Source: Burkholderiaceae bacterium (GTDB lineage Bacteria; Pseudomonadota; Gammaproteobacteria; Burkholderiales; Burkholderiaceae_C). From it: DNA of 64,000 bases. Shown piece by piece: positions 18,562 to 30,051 of the stretch (the first letter of the stretch is position 1; each line of letters starts with the position of its first letter). Both the position numbers and the translations under genes were made by a program. A model generated the notes under the pieces. It saw only the letters and a program-made list of their open reading frames with translations, was not told where the DNA came from and made no database searches. Where the stretch lies: positions 191,568 to 255,567 of the forward strand of contig JAYRSJ010000002.1 in assembly GCA_041920215.1 (NCBI GenBank), written 5' to 3'.

Positions 18562-19577
18562 GCTGAGGAAAAGCCGTTCGGGTTCAGATGCTGCCAGCGC
18601 CAGCTGTCGGCGCACATGCGGTCCAGATCATGGACGGCCTGCCAGCCCAGCAACTCGCGCGCCAGCGCGGGGTCGGCATAGCAGGCCGCCACATCGCCGG
18701 GGCGGCGCTCGACGATGCGGTAGGGGATGGGCCGGCCGCTGGCCTGCTGGTAGGCGCGCAGTACCTCCAGCACGCTGTAGCCACGGCCGGTGCCCAGATT
18801 GACGGTGAAGCTCGCGCTGCCTTCCAGCAGGCGGGCCAGCGCGGCCACATGGCCGGCGGCCAGGTCCAGCACATGGATGTAGTCGCGCACGCCGGTGCCG
18901 TCGGGCGTGTCGTAGTCGCCGCCGAAGACCTGCAACTCGGCGCGCCGCCCCACCGCCACCTGGGCCACATAGGGCATCAGATTGTTGGGGATGCCGCGCG
19001 GGTCCTCGCCGATCAGACCGCTCTCATGCGCACCCACCGGATTGAAGTAGCGCAGGCAGGCCGTGCGCCAGCGCGGCTCGGCGGCGCCCAGATCGCGCAG
19101 GATCTGCTCGCCCATCAGCTTGGTCTGGCCATAGGGGTTGACCGCCGAGAGGGGCGCGTCCTCGCGCAGCGGCAGCTGCTCGGGTGTGCCGTAGACGGTG
19201 GCGCTGGAGCTGAAGACGATGCGCTCGCAGCCATGGCGGCGCATGGCCTCGCAGACGCTGATCAGCCCGCCCAGATTGTTGCGGTAATAGGCCAGCGGCA
19301 GCGCGCTCGATTCGCCCACCGCCTTGAAGGCCGCGAAATGCACGACGGCGTCTATCGCCTGCCCGGCGAAGACGCTGTCCAGCACGGCAGCGTCGCTCAC
19401 ATCGCCCGGCACGAAGTGGATCGCCTGGCCGGCCAGGCGCTCCAGCCGGCGCAGCACCTCGGGCGAGCTGTTGGAGAAATCGTCGATGCCCAGCACCCGG
19501 TGGCCGGCCGCCAGCAGGGCCAGCCAGGTGTGGGAGGCGATATAGCCGGCGGCGCCGGTCAGCAGGATGGTGGCCAT
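18558..19577 (-). CDS. galE: UDP-glucose 4-epimerase
   Basis: 'ILLTGAAGYIASHT', 'SSSATVYG', 'YGQTKLMGE' and 'LRYFNPVGAH' match the GalE family throughout. Confidence 0.93.
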   Translation of the reverse strand: MATILLTGAAGYIASHTWLALLAAGHRVLGIDDFSNSSPEVLRRLERLAGQAIHFVPGDVSDAAVLDSVFAGQAIDAVVHFAAFKAVGESSALPLAYYRNNLGGLISVCEAMRRHGCERIVFSSSATVYGTPEQLPLREDAPLSAVNPYGQTKLMGEQILRDLGAAEPRWRTACLRYFNPVGAHESGLIGEDPRGIPNNLMPYVAQVAVGRRAELQVFGGDYDTPDGTGVRDYIHVLDLAAGHVAALARLLEGSASFTVNLGTGRGYSVLEVLRAYQQASGRPIPYRIVERRPGDVAACYADPALARELLGWQAVHDLDRMCADSWRWQHLNPNGFSSA

Positions 19578-19601
19578 GGGGCGTGCAGGGGTGGCGCCGG
19601 T

Positions 19602-20783
19602 TCAGCGCGTCATGATCTGCGCATAGCAGCCGTAGCTGCTGGCGCTGTAGTTGAGCGTCGCGAGATCGCTGCTGCGCCGGTCGCTGTTGACCTGGCAGCC
19701 CAGCGTGGTGGCGCGGCTGGGCTGCCAGCGCAGGCCCAGATTGATGCCGTGGCTGCGGTCGTCGCTCTCGCCCGCCCCCTGGCGGTCCAGATGGCGCAGC
19801 TGCAGCCCGGCATCCAGCGCGATCTTGGCCGTCAGCGCGTAGTTGGCGGCCAGGTTCAGGCTGTTGGCCACGCGGTTGACCTCGCTGCTGCCGCCGGCGG
19901 CGCCGCTGGCATAGTTTTCCTGCACCGTGTCGCGCGCAACCGTGGTGGTGAAGCGCAGCTTGGCGCCGGGCTCCCAGATCCAGCTGAGGCGGCCGGTCAC
20001 GCCGGAATAGTCGCGCACCGCCGATGTCGTGTTGTCAATGCGGCTCAGGCTCAGTCGGCCGCTCAGATGGCTGGCGGCGCTGGCGGTCCAGCCGCCGCCG
20101 AGCTCCAGATCCTGGCGCCGGTAGTCGTTGCGCACGGTGAAGATGAAGACGCGGCTGAAGCCCTCGCCCTCGGTGTGGCGCGCGGTCAGGCCCAGGCGCA
20201 GATCGCCGCTGGGGCGCCACACCAGGCCGGCGGACGCGCTGTCCTGCTGGTAGTTGAGCAGCCGGTACTGCGGCGCGCTGAACTCGCGCCGCTGATGGCC
20301 CAGCCCGCCTTCCAGCGCCAGCTTGCCGGCCAGGCCGTAGCGCAGGCTCAGCTGGGCCTGGTCGGTCTGCTCGATGTTCTTCTGCCGTATCACCTCGACC
20401 TGGGTGCTGACGTTGTACTCGGCCAGCTGGCGGTTGGAGCGCAGCGAGACCGAGCCGCTGAGCTTGCTGAAGGCCTGCCAGTCCAGCGCGGCGCTCAGTC
20501 CGTAGCTGTTGTTGTTGAGGCCCTTGTCGCGGCGGTAGGCGTTGTGGCGCAGATTGGCGTCCAGGCGCACGCGCTGGCGGCCGAAGGCCTTGTCGATGCC
20601 GGCCAGCAGGGCCAGGCTGGCGACCTGGTCGCTGTTGGGCACCTCGGCCTCGGGCAGGCGGTAGACATTGGAGACATGGTTCAGGCTCAGCGAGCTGCCC
20701 AGGTAGTAGGGGCTCTGCTGGGCCAGCGCAGGCGCGCTGGCCAGGACCAGGACAAGACCGGACAGGCGGCGATAGGCGGTCAT
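19602..20783 (-). CDS. Outer-membrane beta-barrel protein, EpsL-like (polysaccharide-locus associated)
   Basis: 393 aa with signal peptide '...VLASAPALAQQ'. Alternating amphipathic strands run throughout, with an aromatic residue (Y) six residues from the C-terminus ('CYAQIMTR'), which is not a classical terminal-Phe barrel signature. It sits directly downstream of the priming transferase, as epsB/epsL do in PEP-CTERM-type EPS loci; that family assignment is an inference. Confidence 0.55.
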   Translation of the reverse strand: MTAYRRLSGLVLVLASAPALAQQSPYYLGSSLSLNHVSNVYRLPEAEVPNSDQVASLALLAGIDKAFGRQRVRLDANLRHNAYRRDKGLNNNSYGLSAALDWQAFSKLSGSVSLRSNRQLAEYNVSTQVEVIRQKNIEQTDQAQLSLRYGLAGKLALEGGLGHQRREFSAPQYRLLNYQQDSASAGLVWRPSGDLRLGLTARHTEGEGFSRVFIFTVRNDYRRQDLELGGGWTASAASHLSGRLSLSRIDNTTSAVRDYSGVTGRLSWIWEPGAKLRFTTTVARDTVQENYASGAAGGSSEVNRVANSLNLAANYALTAKIALDAGLQLRHLDRQGAGESDDRSHGINLGLRWQPSRATTLGCQVNSDRRSSDLATLNYSASSYGCYAQIMTR

Positions 20784-20799
20784 CGGTGGACGGTCTCTT

Positions 20800-22194
20800 T
20801 CAGTAGGCGTGGCGGTCGAACAGCATCAGCCGGGCGGTGCGCAGAATGATCTGCAGATCCAGGGCCAGCGACCAGTTGCGCAGGTATTCCAGATCGTATT
20901 CGACCCGCGCCTTCATCTTGTCTATCGTGTCGGTCTCGCCGCGCAGGCCGTTGACCTGGGCCCAGCCGGTGATGCCGGGCTTGACCTTGTGGCGCACCAT
21001 ATAGGCCTTGATCAGCTGGCGGTACTCCTCGTTGTGGGCCACCGCATGCGGGCGCGGGCCGACGATGCTCATGCGCCCCTGCAGCACATTGATGAACTGC
21101 GGCAGCTCGTCCAGCGAGGTCTTGCGTATGAAGGCGCCGAAGCGGGTGATGCGCGGATCGTCCTTGGTGGCCTGCTTGACCACCGCGCCGTTGTCCATGG
21201 CGCGCATCGAGCGGAACTTGTAGACGATGATCTCCTCGCCGTCCAGGCCATTGCGGCGCTGCTTGAAGATGATGGGGCCGGGCGAGCTGAGCTTCACGCC
21301 GATCGCCACCGCCAGCAGGATGGGCGAGATCAGCACCAGGATCAGGCTGGCCAGCACCACATCGCTGATGCGCTTGACCAGCTCGTTGGTGCCGGTGAAG
21401 GGGGTTTCGCAGATGCCCACCACCGGCACGCCGTTCATGTCCTGCAGCCGGCCCTGGATGATGGAGATGCCGAACACATCGGGCACGAAGTACAGCGAGG
21501 CGGTGGTGCCCTGCACCTGTTCCAGCAGCTGCAGGATGCGCGGCTGCGAGCCCAGCGGCAGCGTGATGTAGACCTCGCGCACGCCCTTGCTGCGGATGTA
21601 GTCGCTCAGCTCGGAGAGGGTTCCCAGCAGGCGGCCGGCGGTATCGGGGTGCAGGCGCTCGTCCTGGCGGTCGTCGAAGAAGCCCAGCAGATCGCTGCTC
21701 TTGTCCTCGCCCTCGCGCAGGGCCCGGGCCACCTTGGCCCCCAGCGGGCCGGCGCCAACGATCACCGCCGTGCGGCGCGCCTCCGGTCGGGCGCGGTGCC
21801 ACAGCAGCACGCGGCGACCGGTCTCCACCGCGAGGATCTGGGCCAGCGGCGTCAGGCCGGCCCACCAGATCAGCACATCCGGCTCGAAAAAGCCCAGGCT
21901 GCTGGTGGCATAGCCGCACAGCCAGAGGATGACCAGCAGCATCAGCCAGGAACTGATCACATCGATGCCGGCGCTGGCCGGATGCTGGCCGAAGCGGTTG
22001 CGGCCCGGGAAGGTCAGCGCGAACACCAGCAGGCACAGGGTCAGCGTGGAACGCAGCACCGGTTCGCCGAACCAGGCGTTGACCAGCAGATAGCTCAGGA
22101 CGATCAGCCCGGGCTCCAGAAAGGCGGCGACGAGGGATTCGACCGATTGCGGTGCGCTGTAGAAAGTTCTCTTGTAACTTCGATCCTCGAACAT
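20800..22194 (-). CDS. Undecaprenyl-phosphate hexose-1-phosphate transferase (polyprenyl glycosylphosphotransferase, WcaJ/EpsB type; priming enzyme)
   Basis: ATG at 22194 (AAGGAG upstream); the track start at 22218 is TTG. It has N-terminal TM helices, a central Rossmann-like domain ('AVIVGAGPLGAKVA') and a C-terminal 'bacterial sugar transferase' domain ('RRNGLDGEEIIVYKFRSM', 'DELPQFINVLQGRMSIVGPRP'). Confidence 0.9.
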   Translation of the reverse strand: MFEDRSYKRTFYSAPQSVESLVAAFLEPGLIVLSYLLVNAWFGEPVLRSTLTLCLLVFALTFPGRNRFGQHPASAGIDVISSWLMLLVILWLCGYATSSLGFFEPDVLIWWAGLTPLAQILAVETGRRVLLWHRARPEARRTAVIVGAGPLGAKVARALREGEDKSSDLLGFFDDRQDERLHPDTAGRLLGTLSELSDYIRSKGVREVYITLPLGSQPRILQLLEQVQGTTASLYFVPDVFGISIIQGRLQDMNGVPVVGICETPFTGTNELVKRISDVVLASLILVLISPILLAVAIGVKLSSPGPIIFKQRRNGLDGEEIIVYKFRSMRAMDNGAVVKQATKDDPRITRFGAFIRKTSLDELPQFINVLQGRMSIVGPRPHAVAHNEEYRQLIKAYMVRHKVKPGITGWAQVNGLRGETDTIDKMKARVEYDLEYLRNWSLALDLQIILRTARLMLFDRHAY

Positions 22195-22388
22195 CGTTCC
22201 CGGGCTCCTTGGCCTCAAGTTATTGGTCTGCGGTCCTGTCAGGCGGTGTTGCGCAGCAGGTCCTGCCCTTGTCCGGTCCTCCCCGACCCGTCGGCAGGCG
22301 GCGAATTCTCACCCAATTCCCCGGCGTGCCTGGACAGGTCCACCCCCTAGATCACTGGGGGAGAGCGCCCCTGCCTACAATCCGCGCC

Positions 22389-22904
22389 ATGCTTCAACAA
22401 TGGTCTGCCCTCTTCGCGCCCGCACTGCAGGATCGCATCTGCCTGTTGCTCAACCATGTCATCGGCCGTGAGCCGGTGGCGATGAACCGGCTGCGGCCCC
22501 ATGCCGGCCGCGCCGTGCTGGTGCATCTGCGCGGCTGGCCGGCCCTGCTGCCGCCGGCGCCCGATCTGGTGCTGGGCATCACGCCGGCCGGTCTGTTCGA
22601 GCGCCTGGACAGCGCGCCGGCCGAGGCGCTGCGCATCGAGCTCGATGCCAGCAACCCCGCGGCCATGGCCCTGGGCAGCCTCAGCGGCGCCCGGCCCCAG
22701 GTCGAGGTGCAGGGCGATGCCCAGCTGGCCGCCGAGATCAGCTGGCTGATGGAGAACCTGCGCTGGGACATCGAGGACGATCTGGCCGCCCTGGTCGGTC
22801 CGGCCGCGGCCCAGCAGCTGGCACGTGCGGCGCGGGCGGCGGGTGGGGCGCTGGCCGCGCTGGCGCGCGGCGCGGCCGCCCTGATGCCGGGCGCGCGCCC
22901 ATGA
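22389..22904 (+). CDS. ubiJ: Ubiquinone biosynthesis accessory factor UbiJ (SCP2 domain)
   Basis: Trimmed to the ATG at 22389 ('[29 protein letters not shown]'). It is SCP2-like and its stop overlaps the ubiB start (ATGA at 22901-22904), the usual ubiJ-ubiB arrangement. Confidence 0.7.
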   Translation: MLQQWSALFAPALQDRICLLLNHVIGREPVAMNRLRPHAGRAVLVHLRGWPALLPPAPDLVLGITPAGLFERLDSAPAEALRIELDASNPAAMALGSLSGARPQVEVQGDAQLAAEISWLMENLRWDIEDDLAALVGPAAAQQLARAARAAGGALAALARGAAALMPGARP

Positions 22905-24460
22905 GGTCTCCGGCCCGGCTGCTGGTCATCGCCTGGACGGTGCTGCGCTTCGGCCTCGACGAGCTGGCGCTCGCGGGGCTGCAGCGGCGGCGCTTCCGCC
23001 TGTTGCGCCGGGTGCTGCTGCTGGGCCGTCGCTTCGAGCAGCCGCGCGGCCTGCGCCTGCGCCTGGCGCTGGAGCATCTGGGGCCGATCTTCGTCAAGTT
23101 CGGCCAGGTGCTGTCGACCCGGCGCGATCTGGTGCCGCTGGACATCATCGAGGAGCTCGCCAAGCTGCAGGACCGGGTACCTTCCTTCCCGGCCGCGCAG
23201 TCCAGGGCCCTGGTCGAGCGTGCCTTCGGCAAGCCGGTGGAACAGCTGTTCGCCAGCTTCGAGGCCGAGCCGGTGGCCAGCGCCTCGATCGCCCAGGTGC
23301 ATTTCGCCACCTTGCATGACGGCCGGCCGGTGGCGGTCAAGGTGCTGCGGCCCGGCATGCTGGATGTGATCGAGGACGATCTGGCGCTGCTGCGCACGCT
23401 GGCCGGCTGGGTCGAGCGGCTCTCGGTTGACGGCCGGCGACTCAAGCCGCGCGAGGTGGTGGCCGAGTTCGATACCTATCTGCACGACGAGCTGGACCTG
23501 GTGCGCGAGGCCGCCAACGCGGCCCAGCTGCGCCGCAATATGGACGGCCTGGGCCTGGTGATGGTGCCCGAGATGCACTGGGACCTGTGCAGCAGCGATG
23601 TGATCGTGATGGAGCGCATGGATGGCGTGCCGATCTCGCAGATCGAGCGCCTGCGTGCGGCCGGAGTCGATATCAAGAAGCTGGCACGCGATGGCGTCAC
23701 CATCTTCTTCACCCAGGTCTTCCGTGACGGCTTCTTCCATGCCGATATGCACCCGGGCAATATCCAGGTCAGCCTGGCGCCGGCCACCTTCGGCCGCTAT
23801 ATCGCGCTGGACTTCGGCATCATCGGCACGCTGACCGAGGTGGACAAGGAGTACCTGGCGCAGAACTTCATCGCCTTCTTCCAGCGCGACTACAAGCGGG
23901 TGGCCGAACTGCACATCGCCTCGGGCTGGGTACCGCCCCAGACCCGGGTGGACGAGCTGGAGAGCGCGGTGCGCGCGGTCTGCGAGCCGCATTTCGACCG
24001 ACCGCTTAAGGACATCTCGCTGGGCCAGGTGCTGATGCGCCTGTTCCAGACCTCGCGCCGCTTCAATGTCGAGATCCAGCCCCAGCTGGTGCTGCTGCAG
24101 AAGACCCTGCTCAATATCGAGGGCCTGGGCCGCCAGCTCGACCCCGAGCTGGATCTCTGGTCCACCGCCAAGCCCTTTCTGGAGCGCTGGATGAACGAGC
24201 AGGTGGGCTGGCGCGCCTTCGTCAACCAGCTCAAGAAGGAGGCGCCGCGCTATGCCCAGCTCTTCCCCGAGCTGCCGCGCCTGCTGCACGACAGCCTGAA
24301 GCAGCGCGCCGGCGGCAGCGAGCGCGAGCTGCTGCTGGCCCTGCTCGGCGAGCAGCGCAGCACCAACCGCCTGCTGCGTGCGGTGTTGTTCGCCGGCATA
24401 GGCTTTGCCACCGGCCTGGTGCTGGCACAGATCCTGGTGCGCGGCGGCTGGCTCAGCTGA
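22901..24460 (+). CDS. ubiB: Ubiquinone biosynthesis regulatory protein kinase UbiB (ABC1/ADCK family)
   Basis: 519 aa. '[18 protein letters not shown]', 'ASIAQVH', 'VAVKVLRPG' and '[10 protein letters not shown]' are present, followed by C-terminal TM helices. Confidence 0.93.
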   Translation: MRSPARLLVIAWTVLRFGLDELALAGLQRRRFRLLRRVLLLGRRFEQPRGLRLRLALEHLGPIFVKFGQVLSTRRDLVPLDIIEELAKLQDRVPSFPAAQSRALVERAFGKPVEQLFASFEAEPVASASIAQVHFATLHDGRPVAVKVLRPGMLDVIEDDLALLRTLAGWVERLSVDGRRLKPREVVAEFDTYLHDELDLVREAANAAQLRRNMDGLGLVMVPEMHWDLCSSDVIVMERMDGVPISQIERLRAAGVDIKKLARDGVTIFFTQVFRDGFFHADMHPGNIQVSLAPATFGRYIALDFGIIGTLTEVDKEYLAQNFIAFFQRDYKRVAELHIASGWVPPQTRVDELESAVRAVCEPHFDRPLKDISLGQVLMRLFQTSRRFNVEIQPQLVLLQKTLLNIEGLGRQLDPELDLWSTAKPFLERWMNEQVGWRAFVNQLKKEAPRYAQLFPELPRLLHDSLKQRAGGSERELLLALLGEQRSTNRLLRAVLFAGIGFATGLVLAQILVRGGWLS

Positions 24461-24602
24461 GGCCGGAATCGCTGCGCCAGCCCGGGCTTGCCAGGGGGCG
24501 GAATGCGGCTCGCTGCGGCTAAACTTGCGCGCCTTTTAGCCTGCTGGCGCGTTTTGTGCATCGCCAGCGCCTGATCGATTCACCACTTATCGGAGTGCGC
24601 CC

Positions 24603-26108
24603 GTGCTGGTCACTTTTGTCGTCCTTTATCTGATGGTCACCGTCGGCGTCGGCCTGATCGCGGCCCGCAAGGTGCACAACGCCAAGGACTATCTGGTCGC
24701 GGGCCGCAGCCTGCCGCTGTACATGAATGTGGCGACGGTGTTCGCCACCTGGTTTGGCGCCGAGACGGTGCTGGCGGTATCGGCCACCTTCGCGATGGAC
24801 GGTCTGTCGGGCATCCCCGGCGACCCCTTCGGCGCCTCGGCTGCGCTGTTCCTGGCGGCCCTGCTGTTTGCCCGCCTGTTCTACCGGCTGAACCTGCTGA
24901 CCATCGGGGACTTCTACAAGAAGCGCTACGGCAAGGGCGTGGAGGTGCTGACCAGCATCGCGATCACGCTGAGCTATCTGGGCTGGACTTCGGCCCAGAT
25001 GACGGCGCTGGGCCTGGTGATCCACATCCTGTCCGGCGGTGCGGTGGAGCTGAACCACGCCATCCTGGGCGGTGCGGCCCTGGTGATGATCTACACCATC
25101 TTCGGCGGCATGTGGTCGGTGGCCTTCACCGATCTGTTCCAGACCATCGTCATCATCATCGGCCTGAGCCTGGTGGCGGTGCTGGTGGGCGGCATGGCCG
25201 GCGGTGTCGGCCCGGTGCTGGACCATGCGATGGCGGCCGGCAAGCTGCAGTTCATCGCGCCCGAGGCCGATGGGGCGGCGATCTGGGCGCTGGCGGCCGG
25301 CTTCCTGACGGTGGCCTTCGGCTCGGTGCCGCAGCAGGACGTGTTCCAGCGCATGACCAGCGCCAAGGACGAGAAGACCGCGGTGCGCGGCACCATGATT
25401 GGCGCCAGCGTCTATCTGCTGTTCGCCGCCGTGCCCATCTACATCGCCTACTCGGCCCTGGTGATGGATCCCAATCTGGCCCAGCTCTTCGGTTCCGAGG
25501 ATGGTCGCGAGGTGCAGCGCATCCTGCCCGACCTGATCCTCAACAAGATGCCGCTGTGGGCGCAGATCATGTTCTTCGGCGCCTTGCTGTCGGCCATCCT
25601 GTCCACCGCCAGCGGCACCCTGCTGGCGCCCACCGCCACCTTCACCGAGAACGTGCTCAAGCCCTTCGCTCCGCAGATGAGCGACAAGCAGTTCCTGCTG
25701 ACCCTGCGCATCGTGCTGGTGACCTTCACGCTGGGGGCGCTGCTGTTCGCACTGAACTCGCGCTCGACCATGTACGAGATGGTGCAGAACGCCTACAAGG
25801 TCACGCTGGTGGCGGCCTTTGTGCCGCTGGTGGCCGGCGCCTTCTGGAAGAAGGCCTCGACCCAGGGGGCCTTCACCTCCATCGTGCTGGGCCTGCTGTT
25901 CTGGATCGGTGCCGAGGTGAGCGCTGCCGAAGCCCTGGTGCCGCCGCAGCTGGTGGGCTTCGCCGCCTCGCTGATCGGCATGCTGATCGGCTCGCTGGCG
26001 CCACAGCTGATCAAGCCCGCCGGGCAGTCGATCGCGGCGGCCATCCAGCATGAGCAGCAGCAGGCCCATGCCCATGCGCAGGCCCGCGGCCACGGCCACA
26101 AACACTGA
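24603..26108 (+). CDS. Sodium:solute symporter family (SSF/SLC5-like) transporter
   Basis: 501 aa with a GTG start and about 13 hydrophobic segments. 'DYLVAGRSLPLYMNVATVFATWFGAETVL' is the typical SSF N-terminal signature. The substrate cannot be determined from sequence. Confidence 0.8.
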   Translation: MLVTFVVLYLMVTVGVGLIAARKVHNAKDYLVAGRSLPLYMNVATVFATWFGAETVLAVSATFAMDGLSGIPGDPFGASAALFLAALLFARLFYRLNLLTIGDFYKKRYGKGVEVLTSIAITLSYLGWTSAQMTALGLVIHILSGGAVELNHAILGGAALVMIYTIFGGMWSVAFTDLFQTIVIIIGLSLVAVLVGGMAGGVGPVLDHAMAAGKLQFIAPEADGAAIWALAAGFLTVAFGSVPQQDVFQRMTSAKDEKTAVRGTMIGASVYLLFAAVPIYIAYSALVMDPNLAQLFGSEDGREVQRILPDLILNKMPLWAQIMFFGALLSAILSTASGTLLAPTATFTENVLKPFAPQMSDKQFLLTLRIVLVTFTLGALLFALNSRSTMYEMVQNAYKVTLVAAFVPLVAGAFWKKASTQGAFTSIVLGLLFWIGAEVSAAEALVPPQLVGFAASLIGMLIGSLAPQLIKPAGQSIAAAIQHEQQQAHAHAQARGHGHKH

Positions 26109-26190
26109 GGAGCGTGGCCCAAAACCGGCCGGGGGCGGCGTGCGAGCGCCGGCCCGTATAATTTCGCGTTTCAAATCAACGGTTTAGACC

Positions 26191-26517
26191 ATGCCTATCT
26201 ACGCCTACCGCTGCAGTTCCTGCGGTCACGCCAAGGATGTGCTGCAAAAGATGTCCGATGCCCCGCTGACGGTCTGCCCGTCTTGTGGTGCCGAGAGCTT
26301 TGCCAAGCAGGTCACCGCCGCCGGTTTCCAGCTCAAGGGATCCGGCTGGTACGCCACCGATTTCAAGGGCGGCGCCGGTGCTGCTGCGGGCACGGCGGCC
26401 ACCGCGGGCGCTGCGGCGCCGGCGGCCGCGTCCGGCAGCGGCGACACGCCGCCTGCCGCCGCCCCGGCCGCTGCCTCCGCTTCCGCCCCCTGCGGCGGCT
26501 CCTGCGCCTGTCACTGA
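26191..26517 (+). CDS. FmdB-family zinc-ribbon protein
   Basis: 'MPIYAYRCSSCGH...VCPSCG' is the CxxC-N-CxxC ribbon with the 'Y.YRC..C' family signature. It has an Ala/Gly/Pro-rich tail ending 'CGGSCACH'. A TATAAT box lies at about 26158. Confidence 0.85.
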   Translation: MPIYAYRCSSCGHAKDVLQKMSDAPLTVCPSCGAESFAKQVTAAGFQLKGSGWYATDFKGGAGAAAGTAATAGAAAPAAASGSGDTPPAAAPAAASASAPCGGSCACH

Positions 26518-26559
26518 ATCCGGCTCGCTGCCTGCGCCCCCGCCCCACCTAGGAAGCAT

Positions 26560-27207
26560 GTGAAGAAATACATCATCACCGGACTGTTGGTCTGGCTGCC
26601 GCTGGCCATCACCGTCTGGGTGCTTCTGTGGGTGCTGGGCGTGATCGACGCGGTCTTCACCGCGCTGCTGGATGCCTCGCAGGCCCTGCTGCCGACCAGC
26701 CTGCATGCCAGCATCGAGATGCTGCGCCATGTGCCTGGCCTGGGCCTGGTGATCCTGGTCGGCGGCCTGCTGCTGACCGGGGTGTTCGTCGCCAATATCT
26801 TCGGCCAGTGGTGGCTGCGTCAGTGGCACCGCATCCTGTCGAACATCCCCATCGTCAAGAGCATCTACAACTCGGTCAAGCAGGTCTCCGACACGCTGTT
26901 CTCCAGCAGCGGCAACGCCTTCCGCGAGGCGGTGCTGGTGCCCTATCCGCATGCCGGCAGCTGGACCATCGCCTTCGTCACCGGCCGGCCCAGCCTGGAG
27001 GCGGCGCGGCATTTCGAGACCGAGCATGTCAGCGTCTATGTGCCGACCACGCCCAACCCGACCTCGGGCTTCTTCCTGATGATGCCGCGCGCCAGCATCC
27101 GGCCGCTCAATATGAGCGTGGATGCGGCGCTCAAGCACATCATCTCGATGGGCGTGGTGGCGCCGCCCGAGCCGCTGGATGCACCGGCACGAAATCTGCC
27201 GGGTTGA
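26560..27207 (+). CDS. DUF502 domain membrane protein
   Basis: 215 aa with a GTG start and two N-terminal TM helices. 'IPIVKSIYNSVKQVSDTL', 'VLVPYPHAGSWTIAFVTG' and 'VYVPTTPNPTSGFFLMMP' are DUF502 hallmarks. Confidence 0.85.
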   Translation: MKKYIITGLLVWLPLAITVWVLLWVLGVIDAVFTALLDASQALLPTSLHASIEMLRHVPGLGLVILVGGLLLTGVFVANIFGQWWLRQWHRILSNIPIVKSIYNSVKQVSDTLFSSSGNAFREAVLVPYPHAGSWTIAFVTGRPSLEAARHFETEHVSVYVPTTPNPTSGFFLMMPRASIRPLNMSVDAALKHIISMGVVAPPEPLDAPARNLPG

Positions 27208-27348
27208 GCGCCCCGGCAAGCGCTCAACCCTGAGGGCCCGCCGCCAGCCGCGACCCGGCCCCGCCAGCGCCTCCTCCTTTTGATCCCTCAATGAATGAAC
27301 CCGGCCGCGCGCCGCGCCGCCCTTTCGAAAATTCCGGAGAACCAAGTC

Positions 27349-29151
<1,803 letters not shown>

Positions 29152-29184
29152 TGCGCCGATCTGCGCAGCGTTAGCGCCAGCAAA

Positions 29185-29207
29185 GGGCAGCCCAGGCTGC
29201 CCTTTTT
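29185..29207 (+). terminator. Rho-independent terminator downstream of aspS
   Basis: GGGCAG-CCCAGG-CTGCCC hairpin followed by TTTTT. Confidence 0.7.
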
Positions 29208-29238
29208 CATGTCTGTATCCAAACGTAGGGAGAGCGAG

Positions 29239-30051
29239 ATGGGTCAACACACGAAGAATCCGCGCACCGGCCTCTTGTTGATGCTGCTGCTGGTGGCGCT
29301 GGCGGGCTGCGGCAAGCAGGCCACCGAGCTGGGGCAGGGCGGTTCGGTCATCAGCGGCTCGGCGGGGCCGGCCGGCGCCAGCAATGCCAGCCGCGAACTG
29401 CTCAAGTGCGCGGCACCGGTGGCCACGCTGGCCCTGGCCGAAAATCCGAACGGTTACACCCTCTCCAGCACCTACCGGCTGCCGGCCTCGCCGGTGCCCC
29501 TGGTGCGCCTGCTGGCCCAGCAGAGCGGCTGTTTCCGCGTGGTCGATCGTGCGTCCGGCCTGCGTGCCACCGTGCAGGAGCAGGAGCTGAAGGCGGCCGG
29601 CGTGCTGCGCCAGGCCGGCAACACCGTGGCCAAGGGCAAGGGCTACGAGGCGCAGTACAGCCTGACGCCCAGCCTGAGCTTCAGCGAGCAGGACGCTGGC
29701 CGCCAGATCGGCGGCATCCTGGCGATGATCCCGGTGCTGAACCAGTTTGTCGGCGCGGCCGAACAGGTCAAGCTCAAGGAGGCCCAGGTGGCCCTGCTGC
29801 TGACCGACAACGAGACCACCGAGCAGGTGGCGGCCTCCACCGGCTCGGTCCAGGTCACCGATCTGGGCGTTGGCGGCCTGGTGATGGGCAAGCTGGGCGG
29901 CGCTGCCGGCGCCGGCTGGTCCAACAGCAATGAGGGCAAGGTGATTGCCGCGGCCTTTCTGGATGCCCACAACCAGCTGGTGATCCAGGTGCGCGAGCTG
30001 CAGGCCAAGACGCTGCCGCCGGCGGTGGCGACGGTGCCCAAGGGCGGCTGA
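29239..30051 (+). CDS. CsgG/HfaB-like lipoprotein (putative outer-membrane channel family); function unknown
   Basis: ATG at 29239 with an AGGGAGAG RBS. Lipobox 'LVALAGC'. The pattern 'VPLVRLLAQQSGCFRVVDRASGL...EQEL', 'AQYSLTPSLSFSEQDAG' and 'AQVALLLTDNETTEQVAA...SNSNEGKVIAAAF' resembles the CsgG fold family. The assignment comes from motif recollection only. Confidence 0.5.
   Translation: MGQHTKNPRTGLLLMLLLVALAGCGKQATELGQGGSVISGSAGPAGASNASRELLKCAAPVATLALAENPNGYTLSSTYRLPASPVPLVRLLAQQSGCFRVVDRASGLRATVQEQELKAAGVLRQAGNTVAKGKGYEAQYSLTPSLSFSEQDAGRQIGGILAMIPVLNQFVGAAEQVKLKEAQVALLLTDNETTEQVAASTGSVQVTDLGVGGLVMGKLGGAAGAGWSNSNEGKVIAAAFLDAHNQLVIQVRELQAKTLPPAVATVPKGG

Noticed and set aside
15787-20849. 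964-aa (15787..18681) and 753-aa (18588..20849) plus-strand ORFs
   Set aside because: They are antisense to rfbD/rfbB/manC and to galE/the beta-barrel gene, all of which have unambiguous family motifs. The composition is Ala/Gly/Arg/Val-rich shadow.
22394-24289. 631-aa minus-strand ORF
   Set aside because: It is antisense to ubiJ/ubiB and has no motifs.
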